A stretch of DNA of 64,000 bases from Nitrospiraceae bacterium (GTDB taxonomy: Bacteria; Nitrospirota; Thermodesulfovibrionia; UBA6902), in contig QZIL01000043.1 of assembly GCA_003599025.1 (NCBI GenBank), positions 2,630-66,629 of the forward strand, in the 5' to 3' direction. The notes under the pieces are model-generated. The model made no database searches, was not told the origin of the DNA, and was given only the letters and a program-made list of their open reading frames with translations. Both the position numbers and the translations under genes were made by a program. Below are positions 1-8,462 of the stretch, piece by piece (positions within the stretch are counted from its first letter, which is position 1; each line of letters begins with the position of its first letter).

Positions 1-109
1 TTTTGCAAAAGACAAGAGAAGTACTGGACGGCAAATAATTATGGTTCTTTCGCAAAAAAGCTGAAAACAAAAAAAGCTTCTTCTAAGGTAAAAAACATAG
101 CAACTCGGC

Positions 110-185
110 GTCATTCCGGTTTGTCCGGAATCCTCTTGCAACAATCTGATTTATTAAGTATAGATCCCAGACAAGCTGGAATGAC
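110..185. repeat. Compound hairpin repeat, GTCATTCC...GGAATGAC family (copy A)
   Basis: Sequence reads GTCATTCCGGtttgtCCGGAATCC - TTTATTAAG - GATCCCAGacaagCTGGAATGAC. It forms two stem-loops with inverted termini. Related copies lie at 12283, 18759, 49491 and 63372. Confidence 0.7.
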
Positions 186-411
186 ATTTCAAGAAAGTGT
201 ATCTATTGCATTTGACTATCAAAAGTCTTCAGCATAATACGAAAGAAGGTTAATTATAATTATCATGCCCTTCCCCAGAGCTTAGATTTATGTTTTAAAA
301 AGCAATATTAGTCCAACGCAGTAATATTCCTGATAATCGCATGATTAGTAATGTAAATATCCATATTGCATCTGTTTGATTATTTGACACAAATAAGTAT
401 AATAGTGGGCA

Positions 412-1398
412 ATGCATAGGGACTCATTGATATTAAGCACTATTATCTCTGTCATTCTGCTCCCCCTGTTAATATTATTGTCACCTTCAGAATCATTCAG
501 TGAACACACCAAGGGTAAAACATATCTTACAGGCATTATAAGACCTAATGTCAAACTACAGAATATTGTGGACGGTTTTAAGGCCGGAATGGAGCTTTAC
601 GGTTTCAGGGAAGGTGAGAACATATCCTATATCCAGACAAATGATATCAGTGATATAGACTCTGTAGTCGAGAAAATGATTGAAATGAAGGTCGATCTGA
701 TATTCACAATGACTGCCGATACTACAAGAAAGACACTGAAGAAACTGGCAGGCAGGCCGGTCCCTGTTATTTTCGGAGGGATTTATGACCCGATTGCATC
801 CGGTATAGTAAAGAGCCTCTCAGTCCCCGGCGACAACGTTACCGGCGTCATGATCGGCGGCAGCACTGAAAAGGCCTTTGAATGGCTGCTGAAAGCCGTT
901 CCTCATGCAAAAAAAATATATGTCCCCTTTTCTTCGGAGTCTGATACTGTTGCCATATGCATGAGTGTTTTAAAAAAGAGCGCTGAGAAGTCCCGCGTTG
1001 AACTTATGACATCAAAAACCGATACACTGCATGAATTGACAGTGGCACTGGCCTCAATACCCGGAAAAGCGGATGCCATATTCATTCCCAACTCGCCATT
1101 TCTGATTACCAATCTTGAAACTATCATCAAGTTTGCAGCAGAACATAAATTGCCGACCGGCTCAGGAACAGGGCAGTACAAAAACGGCATAATGATCACT
1201 TACGGACAGGACCATTTTTACACAGGGAAGATAGCAAGCCGGCTCGCCAGCAGCGTCCTGCATGACAGAATTCCTGCTGCTTCTCTGCCTGTAGAGACAA
1301 CAGAGTATTTTCTCGGCATCAATTTACAGACAGCAACGACTGTCGGCATTACAGTCCCTGACAGCATCTTGCAGCAGGCAAGTTTCATAGTACGCTAA
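412..1398 (+). CDS. Periplasmic solute-binding protein, ABC_sub_bind (COG2984-like) family, with no cognate permease or ATPase
   Basis: 328-aa ORF with an N-terminal signal/TM segment (LILSTIISVILLPLLILL). Family-typical motifs are DNVTGV and the C-terminal LPVE..YFLGINLQTA..VGITVP. The stop lies 31 nt upstream of a Cache-type kinase gene. Confidence 0.8.
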   Translation: MHRDSLILSTIISVILLPLLILLSPSESFSEHTKGKTYLTGIIRPNVKLQNIVDGFKAGMELYGFREGENISYIQTNDISDIDSVVEKMIEMKVDLIFTMTADTTRKTLKKLAGRPVPVIFGGIYDPIASGIVKSLSVPGDNVTGVMIGGSTEKAFEWLLKAVPHAKKIYVPFSSESDTVAICMSVLKKSAEKSRVELMTSKTDTLHELTVALASIPGKADAIFIPNSPFLITNLETIIKFAAEHKLPTGSGTGQYKNGIMITYGQDHFYTGKIASRLASSVLHDRIPAASLPVETTEYFLGINLQTATTVGITVPDSILQQASFIVR

Positions 1399-1429
1399 AC
1401 TCTAACAATTCAGTCTTCACTCAGACCGT

Positions 1430-3571
1430 ATGAAGATTAAAGTCAGCATAAGAAGACGGCTTGTTTTATCACTGGTACTCCTCGCCATAGTTCCGCTTTT
1501 ATTACTCGGAACACTCCTGTCATGGCAGAGTTATGTAATTCAGCAGAGACAGATCATAGAATTGCAGAACGAGAAAGCCGGTCGTGCCCTGGTCCAGATA
1601 AATTCCACAATATACGGACTGGAAAAGGCCTTATACAATGCGCTTAATATCTACCTCAACATTTTAGATTCAGACATTAGCAAACAGAGGCGCGTTTTAT
1701 CCGAACTGCTCTCCTTACGGGATGAAAAGGGCACAAGCGTCTTCAATGAACTCACACTGATTGATGCTCTCGGACAGGAACTTGCGCGTGAATCACGGAC
1801 CTCTATTATAACTCCCGATGAACTTGTGAGCAGGGCAACATCGGAGGAATTCACTGCCCCGTTATCAAGCAGGAAAACATACTTTGGCCCTGTTTTCATT
1901 GACGGCAAAACAGGTGTTCCGGTGATGCTTTTAAGCGTACCGGTCATTGATGTCCGCAGTGATACTGTGAGAGGTGTACTCGTGGCAGAGATGAAGATGA
2001 AATTCATGTGGGACATAGTGGACAAGATAAATGTCGGCGAATCGGGCCTGGTCTATATTGTCGACACGACAGGCAGGGTAATCGTTCATCCTAATCCCTC
2101 TGTAGTGCTTAAAGAGACCTATTATGATGTAAATATAAGGTCCGGTACCGGAACAGGCCTTGATGGCGGGAAGGCAGTATTGACCCATGATACTCTTCAG
2201 CTCGGCAACAGGCACCTGCATGTGATGACCGAGGTCCCGCTTGAAATTGCGCTGAGAAACACGTACACATCACTGCTTACCATATTTGTATTTCTTGTCC
2301 TCGCCCTTACAGGCTCCATCTATCTCGGTTTCATAATTGTGCGTAAGGTCATACGTCCGGTCGAGTCCCTTGCGGAAACCGCAAAGGCAATAAGTTCAGG
2401 AGATATCAGCAGGAGATCTGATATATCAGGAAACGATGAACTGGGTGCACTGTCTGATTCATTTAATTTAATGACAGGCCGTCTTGCTGAAACGATAACT
2501 TCACTGAAGAGCGAAATTGCAGCGAAAGAAGCCGCTGAAAAAAAGATAAGGCTGGCCTATGAGGAATGGCAGAGGACATTTGACTCCATATCCCAGCCTG
2601 TTTCCATACACGACAGGGAGTACAGGATCATTAGGGCCAACAGGGCCTTCGCGGATTTTTTCAAATTAAGTTACCGGGAGTTACTCGGCAAAAAGTGCTT
2701 TGAACTGTTCCACTGTTCAAACGGACCGATTGCCGGTTGTCCCCATAGAAAGACCCTCGACACCGGTCTGAACTCTTCAGAGGAACTCTTCGAACCGACC
2801 CTTGACAAACACCTGCGCCATACCACATCTCCCATCCTCGATGACAACGGTGATATCACCGGCTCTGTGCATATCGCAGAAGATATTACGGAACGCAAGC
2901 ACACAGAGGAAAAAATTATTGCCTCGCTCAAAGAGAAAGAGGTGCTTCTTAAGGAAGTCCACCACAGGGTAAAGAACAACATGCAGGTCATTTCGAGTCT
3001 TCTGAACCTTCAGGCCAGACAGATAAGCGACAAACAATACGCCGACCTGTTCAATGAGAGCCGCAACAGGATCGCTTCCATGTCCCTTGTACACGAAAAA
3101 CTGTACAACTCAAGGGACCTGGCACATGTTGATTTCAAAGATTATGTCCATACCCTTGTCAACGGACTGTCCGCATCTTACGGTGCGGCCTCAAGCAGAG
3201 TTTTTTTGACAATGTTAATTGAAAACATAACTCTTTCGATTGACACAGCCATCCCGTGCGGCCTGATAATCAATGAACTTGTATCAAATTCCCTCAAGTA
3301 CGCATTTCCCGAAGATAAAAAGGGGGAACTGAAGATAGTCCTTGAAAAAGCGGATTCTGATGAGGACCGCCATTACTACAACCTGATAATCAGCGATAAC
3401 GGTATCGGCATTCCAGAGGACATTGACATACGAAAAACAAAGTCACTCGGCCTGCAGCTTGTCAGCAATCTGGTCGAACACCAGCTTCAGGGGAATATAA
3501 CACTCGACAGGTCGGGAGGGACCCTGTTCCATATTACATTTAGAGAACTGAAATACAAAAACAGGATATAA
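1430..3571 (+). CDS. Sensor histidine kinase: TM-Cache-like periplasmic domain-TM-HAMP-PAS-HisKA_2-HATPase
   Basis: 713-aa ORF. HAMP motif is GNDELGALSDSFNLMTGRL. The PAS domain carries Cys/His motif CFELFHCSNGPIAGCPH. The H-box [27 protein letters not shown] is typical of HisKA_2. ATPase motifs are NELVSNSLKYAF, DNGIGIP and SLGLQLV. Confidence 0.92.
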   Translation: MKIKVSIRRRLVLSLVLLAIVPLLLLGTLLSWQSYVIQQRQIIELQNEKAGRALVQINSTIYGLEKALYNALNIYLNILDSDISKQRRVLSELLSLRDEKGTSVFNELTLIDALGQELARESRTSIITPDELVSRATSEEFTAPLSSRKTYFGPVFIDGKTGVPVMLLSVPVIDVRSDTVRGVLVAEMKMKFMWDIVDKINVGESGLVYIVDTTGRVIVHPNPSVVLKETYYDVNIRSGTGTGLDGGKAVLTHDTLQLGNRHLHVMTEVPLEIALRNTYTSLLTIFVFLVLALTGSIYLGFIIVRKVIRPVESLAETAKAISSGDISRRSDISGNDELGALSDSFNLMTGRLAETITSLKSEIAAKEAAEKKIRLAYEEWQRTFDSISQPVSIHDREYRIIRANRAFADFFKLSYRELLGKKCFELFHCSNGPIAGCPHRKTLDTGLNSSEELFEPTLDKHLRHTTSPILDDNGDITGSVHIAEDITERKHTEEKIIASLKEKEVLLKEVHHRVKNNMQVISSLLNLQARQISDKQYADLFNESRNRIASMSLVHEKLYNSRDLAHVDFKDYVHTLVNGLSASYGAASSRVFLTMLIENITLSIDTAIPCGLIINELVSNSLKYAFPEDKKGELKIVLEKADSDEDRHYYNLIISDNGIGIPEDIDIRKTKSLGLQLVSNLVEHQLQGNITLDRSGGTLFHITFRELKYKNRI

Positions 3572-3586
3572 GGAGGTCGCATCAAC

Positions 3587-4609
3587 ATGGCAGAACGTTC
3601 ATTCATTAAAGCATTCAAGGGTCTTTTGCCGATACTCAGGATAGCCAAAATCACGTTAATATGCCTTGTCGTGCCGTTGCTGTTTGCATCTTCTGTTATT
3701 TCGGGGAAAAACGTGCGGGGTCCGGCGTTCTCCGGTCCGGACAACCTCATGGAGATGCCGGCTGACTGGCAGGAAAGGACGGTAAAGCATGAGTCGGCAG
3801 ACGCTGACCTTGTGGTGACCCTCGACGGCCAGATGTATCACGCATGGGAACCGATCATTCAAAAATATGCTAAAGAAAACAGCCTTAAAATAGTCGTGAA
3901 CAACGGGACCTGCGGAGTAGCAGCCGGAGGGCTTACGCAGAAATCAATCGACATGGGGGTGTTCTGCTGCCCCCCTGACAGGACAGACAGGCTCCCTGGC
4001 GTTCGTTTCCATACACTCGGCATAGCAGCCATTGCACTGATTATTCATCCTGATAATCCGCACGACAATGTGACACTTGAGCAGGCACGTCAGTTGTTCG
4101 GAGGGGCACAGCGCAACTGGTCCGGCACAACCTTAAAAAAAGAGACTCTGGTGCTGCCCGTAGGCAGACTTCACTGCAAATTAAGGCCGGGACACTGGCG
4201 GTTACTGCTCGATAACAAAGAACTGTTCAGCCCTGACCTCTTTGAAGTGGGCGCCATGCCGGACATGATCGCCAAGGTAGCTGCCAATCCCGGCGCAATA
4301 GGCTATGAGACCTTATGGATGATGCGTTACTATGAGGACCGGGGCAGGACCAGGTTTCTGAAGATAAACGGATACAGTCCCGACGACCCTGCCAATGTAG
4401 TGTCCCTTAAATATCCCTTATACCGTGTCTACAGTTACGCTGTCTGGGAAGGCCGCAATCTCGAAAAGCCGCATGCCCGGAAACTTGGGGAATATCTGAT
4501 GCAGCAGGCTGAGCAGCTTGAGGCAAAATACAGCTTTATCCCTGCGTCCGCTTTAAGAAAGGCAGGCTGGAAATTCAGGGGCAATGAACTTACAGGAGAA
4601 CCTGAATAA
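3587..4609 (+). CDS. PstS-like (PBP_like_2) periplasmic binding protein
   Basis: 340-aa ORF with an N-terminal hydrophobic anchor. The motif VTLEQARQLFGG..RNWS is characteristic of the phosphate-binding-protein-like fold. Its 3' end overlaps the next kinase gene. Confidence 0.7.
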   Translation: MAERSFIKAFKGLLPILRIAKITLICLVVPLLFASSVISGKNVRGPAFSGPDNLMEMPADWQERTVKHESADADLVVTLDGQMYHAWEPIIQKYAKENSLKIVVNNGTCGVAAGGLTQKSIDMGVFCCPPDRTDRLPGVRFHTLGIAAIALIIHPDNPHDNVTLEQARQLFGGAQRNWSGTTLKKETLVLPVGRLHCKLRPGHWRLLLDNKELFSPDLFEVGAMPDMIAKVAANPGAIGYETLWMMRYYEDRGRTRFLKINGYSPDDPANVVSLKYPLYRVYSYAVWEGRNLEKPHARKLGEYLMQQAEQLEAKYSFIPASALRKAGWKFRGNELTGEPE

Positions 4610-6800
4610 GGAAATGAACACACTTCATGACCGGAACAGCAAGGCGGACACTGCCACCGGCACCACACCGGTCCGTGAGTTTTTGAACCGCGTCCCGCTT
4701 ACCCTGAAAATGGTCCTGATCACAACTCTTCTCGGTATCTGCCTGTGGGCTGTGATGGAGTATATACAGAGCGCCAGGCTGAAAAAGATATTTTACGTCC
4801 AGATGTTCGACAAAATTTCGGAGCAGTCCATGGAGTGGCGGATAAGTCTCGACCAGTACATAAGGTTCCATCATGAAACTGCAGAGATCATTGTTTCTCA
4901 AAAGGCATTCAGCGATTATGTAAACAGCAGGAGATGGAGCAGTGCCGATGAAGAGGTCAGGTATTATGCTCAACCTCCTGCATGGTTGCTGAGGCCCTCC
5001 ATATTACGATCACTTGTCCGTCCAAGATACGCCACGCTGCTTGACGCTGACGGAAGGGTCAGGGAGATATATTCGCGGCATGACGACAGGATTTCAGCAT
5101 CCGAACTGCTTCACCCGTCAGCGCTCTGGCTGTCAAAAAGCAGGGAGCAGAGCTTCGTAACGAAAATCGATAACCTGCATTATGTCATTACATCGGAACC
5201 ATTGTACGACCCTCACGGGAAATTACAGGCAACTGTGATGCTCGCTTCTCCCATTGACGAAGAGTTCCTTGTCTCGGCAATAGGCATTCTTCAGCCCGGC
5301 TATCTTATGGCGCTTGTCGATCATAAAGAAGACCCGACCGTCCTGATCAGTAACAATCATTCGGTATTGCCGCCGGGAACGCACATTCATGATCTCGGGG
5401 ACCGTTTTCTCGTCACAGGTCAGGACACATACAATTACGGAGCGGCTGAATATATGATAAATCTGGTCTCACTGATTTCACGTACAGAAGCTGATAAGTT
5501 GACCGACTCGGTGATATCGACCGGAAGATACCAGCGCAATATAATTGCTCCGGCATTTATCCTGACCTTCGCTGCTATTATGGTTTATATCACAAGGAGA
5601 ATAAGCAGGTTGAATAAGCGCATGTCCGATTTTTCGAGGCAGACCCTGGGTATGAAGACAGAGGAACTGCCAAAAGGGGACAAACTGTACCTGCTCGAAA
5701 AGAGATTTGAACGCCTCAAAGGGGAAGTGGCCGAAGCGCGTGAGATCATTAAGAAGCAGGCGGAAGAAAAAACAGTCAAAGAGTCCCATGAAAGGCTCCT
5801 TACAGTCCTGAACGGCCTTGAAGCGATTGTTTATGTCGCCGACATGCAAACACATGAACTGCTGTTCGCAAATAACTATACCCAGAAAATATTCGGAGAT
5901 ATAGAGGGCAGAATATGCTGGCAGACCATTCAGTCCGGGCAGTCAGGACCATGTGATTTCTGCTCAAATGAAAAACTGCTTACCCCTGCCGGTGAACCGT
6001 CAGGCGTTTACACCTGGGAATTCCAGAATACATTCAACGGCAGATGGTATTACATTCAGGACCGGGCCATCAAGTGGATTGACGGGCGGATTGTCAGAAT
6101 GGAAATAGCGACCGATATGACAGAGCGAAAGCAGTCTGAGAACCAGGTAAAAGAATCACTCTATGAGAAAGAGGTCCTGCTGAAGGAAATCCATCACAGG
6201 GTAAAGAACAACATGCAGGTCATTTCGAGCCTGCTTAATATCCAGTCCGGAAAGCTCAAAGGCAGGCCGGAAGCCGAGGTCTTCAATGAAAGCCGCAACC
6301 GAATAACAGCGATGGCCCTTGTCCACGAAAAACTCTACAGTTCGGACAGCCTCGCAAGAATTGACTTAAGCGACTATATAAAAAGCCTTGTGAACAGCCT
6401 GTTTGCATTTTACGGGAAAAGCCCGAGGAATATTTCTGTAACCGTGCATGCAGACAGCATCTTTCTCGGAATCGACACGGCCATACCATGCGGCCTGATA
6501 ATTAATGAACTGGTCTCAAATTCCATGAAATATGCATTCCCGGATGACAGGAACGGTGAAATATCCATTCGGATGGAGGACATTTCCTCCACTGCCCGGT
6601 GGGACTACGAACTTACGGTCAGTGATAACGGGACAGGAATCCCTGAAGATATGGACATAAGAGAAACTGCTTCTCTCGGACTTCAGCTTGTCACCAATCT
6701 TACAGAGCATCAATTGCAGGGCACTGTGGAATTGCTGAGAAACAGCGGCACTGAATTCCGTATTCACTTCATCGAGCCAAAATATAAAAACCGGGCATAA
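4584..6800 (+). CDS. Sensor histidine kinase: TM-large periplasmic domain-TM-coiled coil-PAS-HisKA_2-HATPase
   Basis: 738-aa ORF with two TM segments flanking a ~300-aa domain of unknown family. The PAS domain carries CWQTIQSGQSGPCDFC. H-box is [27 protein letters not shown]. An alternative start at 4614 (MNTLH) would remove the overlap with the upstream gene. Confidence 0.9.
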   Translation: MNLQENLNKEMNTLHDRNSKADTATGTTPVREFLNRVPLTLKMVLITTLLGICLWAVMEYIQSARLKKIFYVQMFDKISEQSMEWRISLDQYIRFHHETAEIIVSQKAFSDYVNSRRWSSADEEVRYYAQPPAWLLRPSILRSLVRPRYATLLDADGRVREIYSRHDDRISASELLHPSALWLSKSREQSFVTKIDNLHYVITSEPLYDPHGKLQATVMLASPIDEEFLVSAIGILQPGYLMALVDHKEDPTVLISNNHSVLPPGTHIHDLGDRFLVTGQDTYNYGAAEYMINLVSLISRTEADKLTDSVISTGRYQRNIIAPAFILTFAAIMVYITRRISRLNKRMSDFSRQTLGMKTEELPKGDKLYLLEKRFERLKGEVAEAREIIKKQAEEKTVKESHERLLTVLNGLEAIVYVADMQTHELLFANNYTQKIFGDIEGRICWQTIQSGQSGPCDFCSNEKLLTPAGEPSGVYTWEFQNTFNGRWYYIQDRAIKWIDGRIVRMEIATDMTERKQSENQVKESLYEKEVLLKEIHHRVKNNMQVISSLLNIQSGKLKGRPEAEVFNESRNRITAMALVHEKLYSSDSLARIDLSDYIKSLVNSLFAFYGKSPRNISVTVHADSIFLGIDTAIPCGLIINELVSNSMKYAFPDDRNGEISIRMEDISSTARWDYELTVSDNGTGIPEDMDIRETASLGLQLVTNLTEHQLQGTVELLRNSGTEFRIHFIEPKYKNRA

Positions 6801-6824
6801 CGTCATATTTTACTTTATGCCCGG
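6791..6824 (+). terminator. Hairpin overlapping the stop codon of the kinase gene (weak terminator candidate)
   Basis: CCGGGCATAA (6791-6800) pairs perfectly with TTATGCCCGG (6815-6824) around a 14-nt loop. No T-tract follows, so terminator function is uncertain. Confidence 0.3.
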
Positions 6825-6932
6825 CAGTGTAATAACTTATACTTGGTAAACCTATAAAAACAAGACAGGTGCTTAGAACCTGCTAAAAGAAGTTCAATCG
6901 TTAAATTAAGGGAGTTCCGGATTCTTGGGCAT

Positions 6933-8435
6933 ATGGGACCACTCGGTAAGATATTGGTCAATCAGATAGATGTAGTATTCTTTATCTACGGACTCGCCTT
7001 CATAATAATGGGGCTTGCTATCCTGCTCCAGCCCAAAAAGGACAGCGAGCATAAGATCGCTGACATCTTCTGGCTCCTGGCATTGTTCGGAATCACTCAT
7101 GGTGTAAATGAACTCCTTGATATGTGGGCCATTATAAGGGGCCGTCACGATGTACTGGATGCTTTCCGCTGGTTATGTCTTGTTATATCATATCTCTTTC
7201 TTTTCGAGTTCGGCAGGCGGTTTTTCTCCCTGAATACAGCAACGGCGCCTGCCTGGCAGAGAAAGGCAGCCGGCCTTTTCGGATGGTGGTCGCTTCCTAT
7301 TATAACTCTTGCGATTTTTGCCGGTGCATACATCTCTGATGATTTCTGGAAGACAGGGAGCATCCTGGCCAGATATTCACTGGGCCTTCCGGGCGGGCTA
7401 ATGATAGGCTTAGGCTTTCTGTTTCAGTACAGACATGAAAAAGAAGTTTTAGGAAAGCTGGGGGTGAAGTTATATTTCATGTCTGCAGGAGGAGCGTTCG
7501 TGACTTACGGGATACTGGGTGGGCTGATCGTCCCAAAGGCTGCCTTTTTCCCTGCAAACTTACTCAATACGGAATCCTTTATCGCAACAGCAGGGATGCC
7601 TGTCCAGGTACTGCGGGCAGTATGCGCCCTTGCAGCTGCCTGGTCTGTAAGCGGAATCCTGAAGATATTTAACTGGGAGATGAGAGAAAGGCTGCAGAAA
7701 CGCTCTGACAGGCTTCAGGCTGTAAATAAGGAACTACAGGTTGAGATTGCTGAACGCAGACTCGCACAGGAGCAGCTTAACGCTTCACTCAGGGAAAAAG
7801 AGGTCCTGCTTAAAGAAATATATCACAGGACCAAGAACAACATGCAGGTCATTACCAGTTTGCTGAATCTCCAGTCCACCCAGATTGACGATCCCCGCTA
7901 CGTTACGCTGTTTGACGACAGCCGCAACAGGATAGCCTCAATGGCCCTTGTTCATGAAAAACTCTACCGCTCGAAAAACCTTTCGAACATCGATTTTAAG
8001 GACTATGTATCAAGTCTCGCAAACGGCCTTCTCACCTTCTACGGCAAAAGCGCCAGAAGCGTCTCATTTACCGTAAATGCCGGAGGGATCGTTCTGGGCA
8101 TCGACACGGTCATTCCCTGCGGCCTTATCATCAACGAACTAGTTTCAAACTCACTCAAGCACGCATTCCCTGAAGGCAGAGGCGGAAGGATATTGATAGA
8201 ACTTAATAATACATATGCTGGTGAGAATCGGAACAGTGAATATGAGCTGACTGTAGGTGATGACGGTATCGGACTTTCAAAAGATATTGATATCAGGAAT
8301 ACAAAATCCCTTGGATTACAGCTTGTCACCAATCTCACCATGCATCAGCTCAGGGGAAGCATTGAATTACGCAGGAATGAAGGTACTGTTTTTAATATCC
8401 GTTTCAGGGAACTCAAATATAATGACCGGTTATAA
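6933..8435 (+). CDS. Membrane-integral sensor histidine kinase (multi-TM N-terminal domain + HisKA_2 + HATPase)
   Basis: 500-aa ORF. About 250 aa of repeated hydrophobic helices are followed by a coiled coil, then the H-box EKEVLLKEIYHRTKNNMQVITSLLNLQ and ATPase motifs NELVSNSLKHAF and DDGIGL. Confidence 0.88.
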   Translation: MGPLGKILVNQIDVVFFIYGLAFIIMGLAILLQPKKDSEHKIADIFWLLALFGITHGVNELLDMWAIIRGRHDVLDAFRWLCLVISYLFLFEFGRRFFSLNTATAPAWQRKAAGLFGWWSLPIITLAIFAGAYISDDFWKTGSILARYSLGLPGGLMIGLGFLFQYRHEKEVLGKLGVKLYFMSAGGAFVTYGILGGLIVPKAAFFPANLLNTESFIATAGMPVQVLRAVCALAAAWSVSGILKIFNWEMRERLQKRSDRLQAVNKELQVEIAERRLAQEQLNASLREKEVLLKEIYHRTKNNMQVITSLLNLQSTQIDDPRYVTLFDDSRNRIASMALVHEKLYRSKNLSNIDFKDYVSSLANGLLTFYGKSARSVSFTVNAGGIVLGIDTVIPCGLIINELVSNSLKHAFPEGRGGRILIELNNTYAGENRNSEYELTVGDDGIGLSKDIDIRNTKSLGLQLVTNLTMHQLRGSIELRRNEGTVFNIRFRELKYNDRL

Positions 8436-8462
8436 TACACGCCATATTAAAGGAGAACCTCA

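Noticed and set aside
1-237. Open reading frame running from the window edge to a TAA at ~235-237, possibly the 3' end of an upstream gene
   Set aside because: There is no recognisable protein motif, and the frame runs straight through the GTCATTCC hairpin repeat. The evidence is insufficient to call a CDS.
384-403. TTGACA and TATAAT hexamers upstream of the first binding-protein gene
   Set aside because: They are only 8 nt apart, so they cannot be -35 and -10 of the same promoter. The alternative TTGATT-16-TATAAT would imply a leaderless mRNA, which I cannot support.
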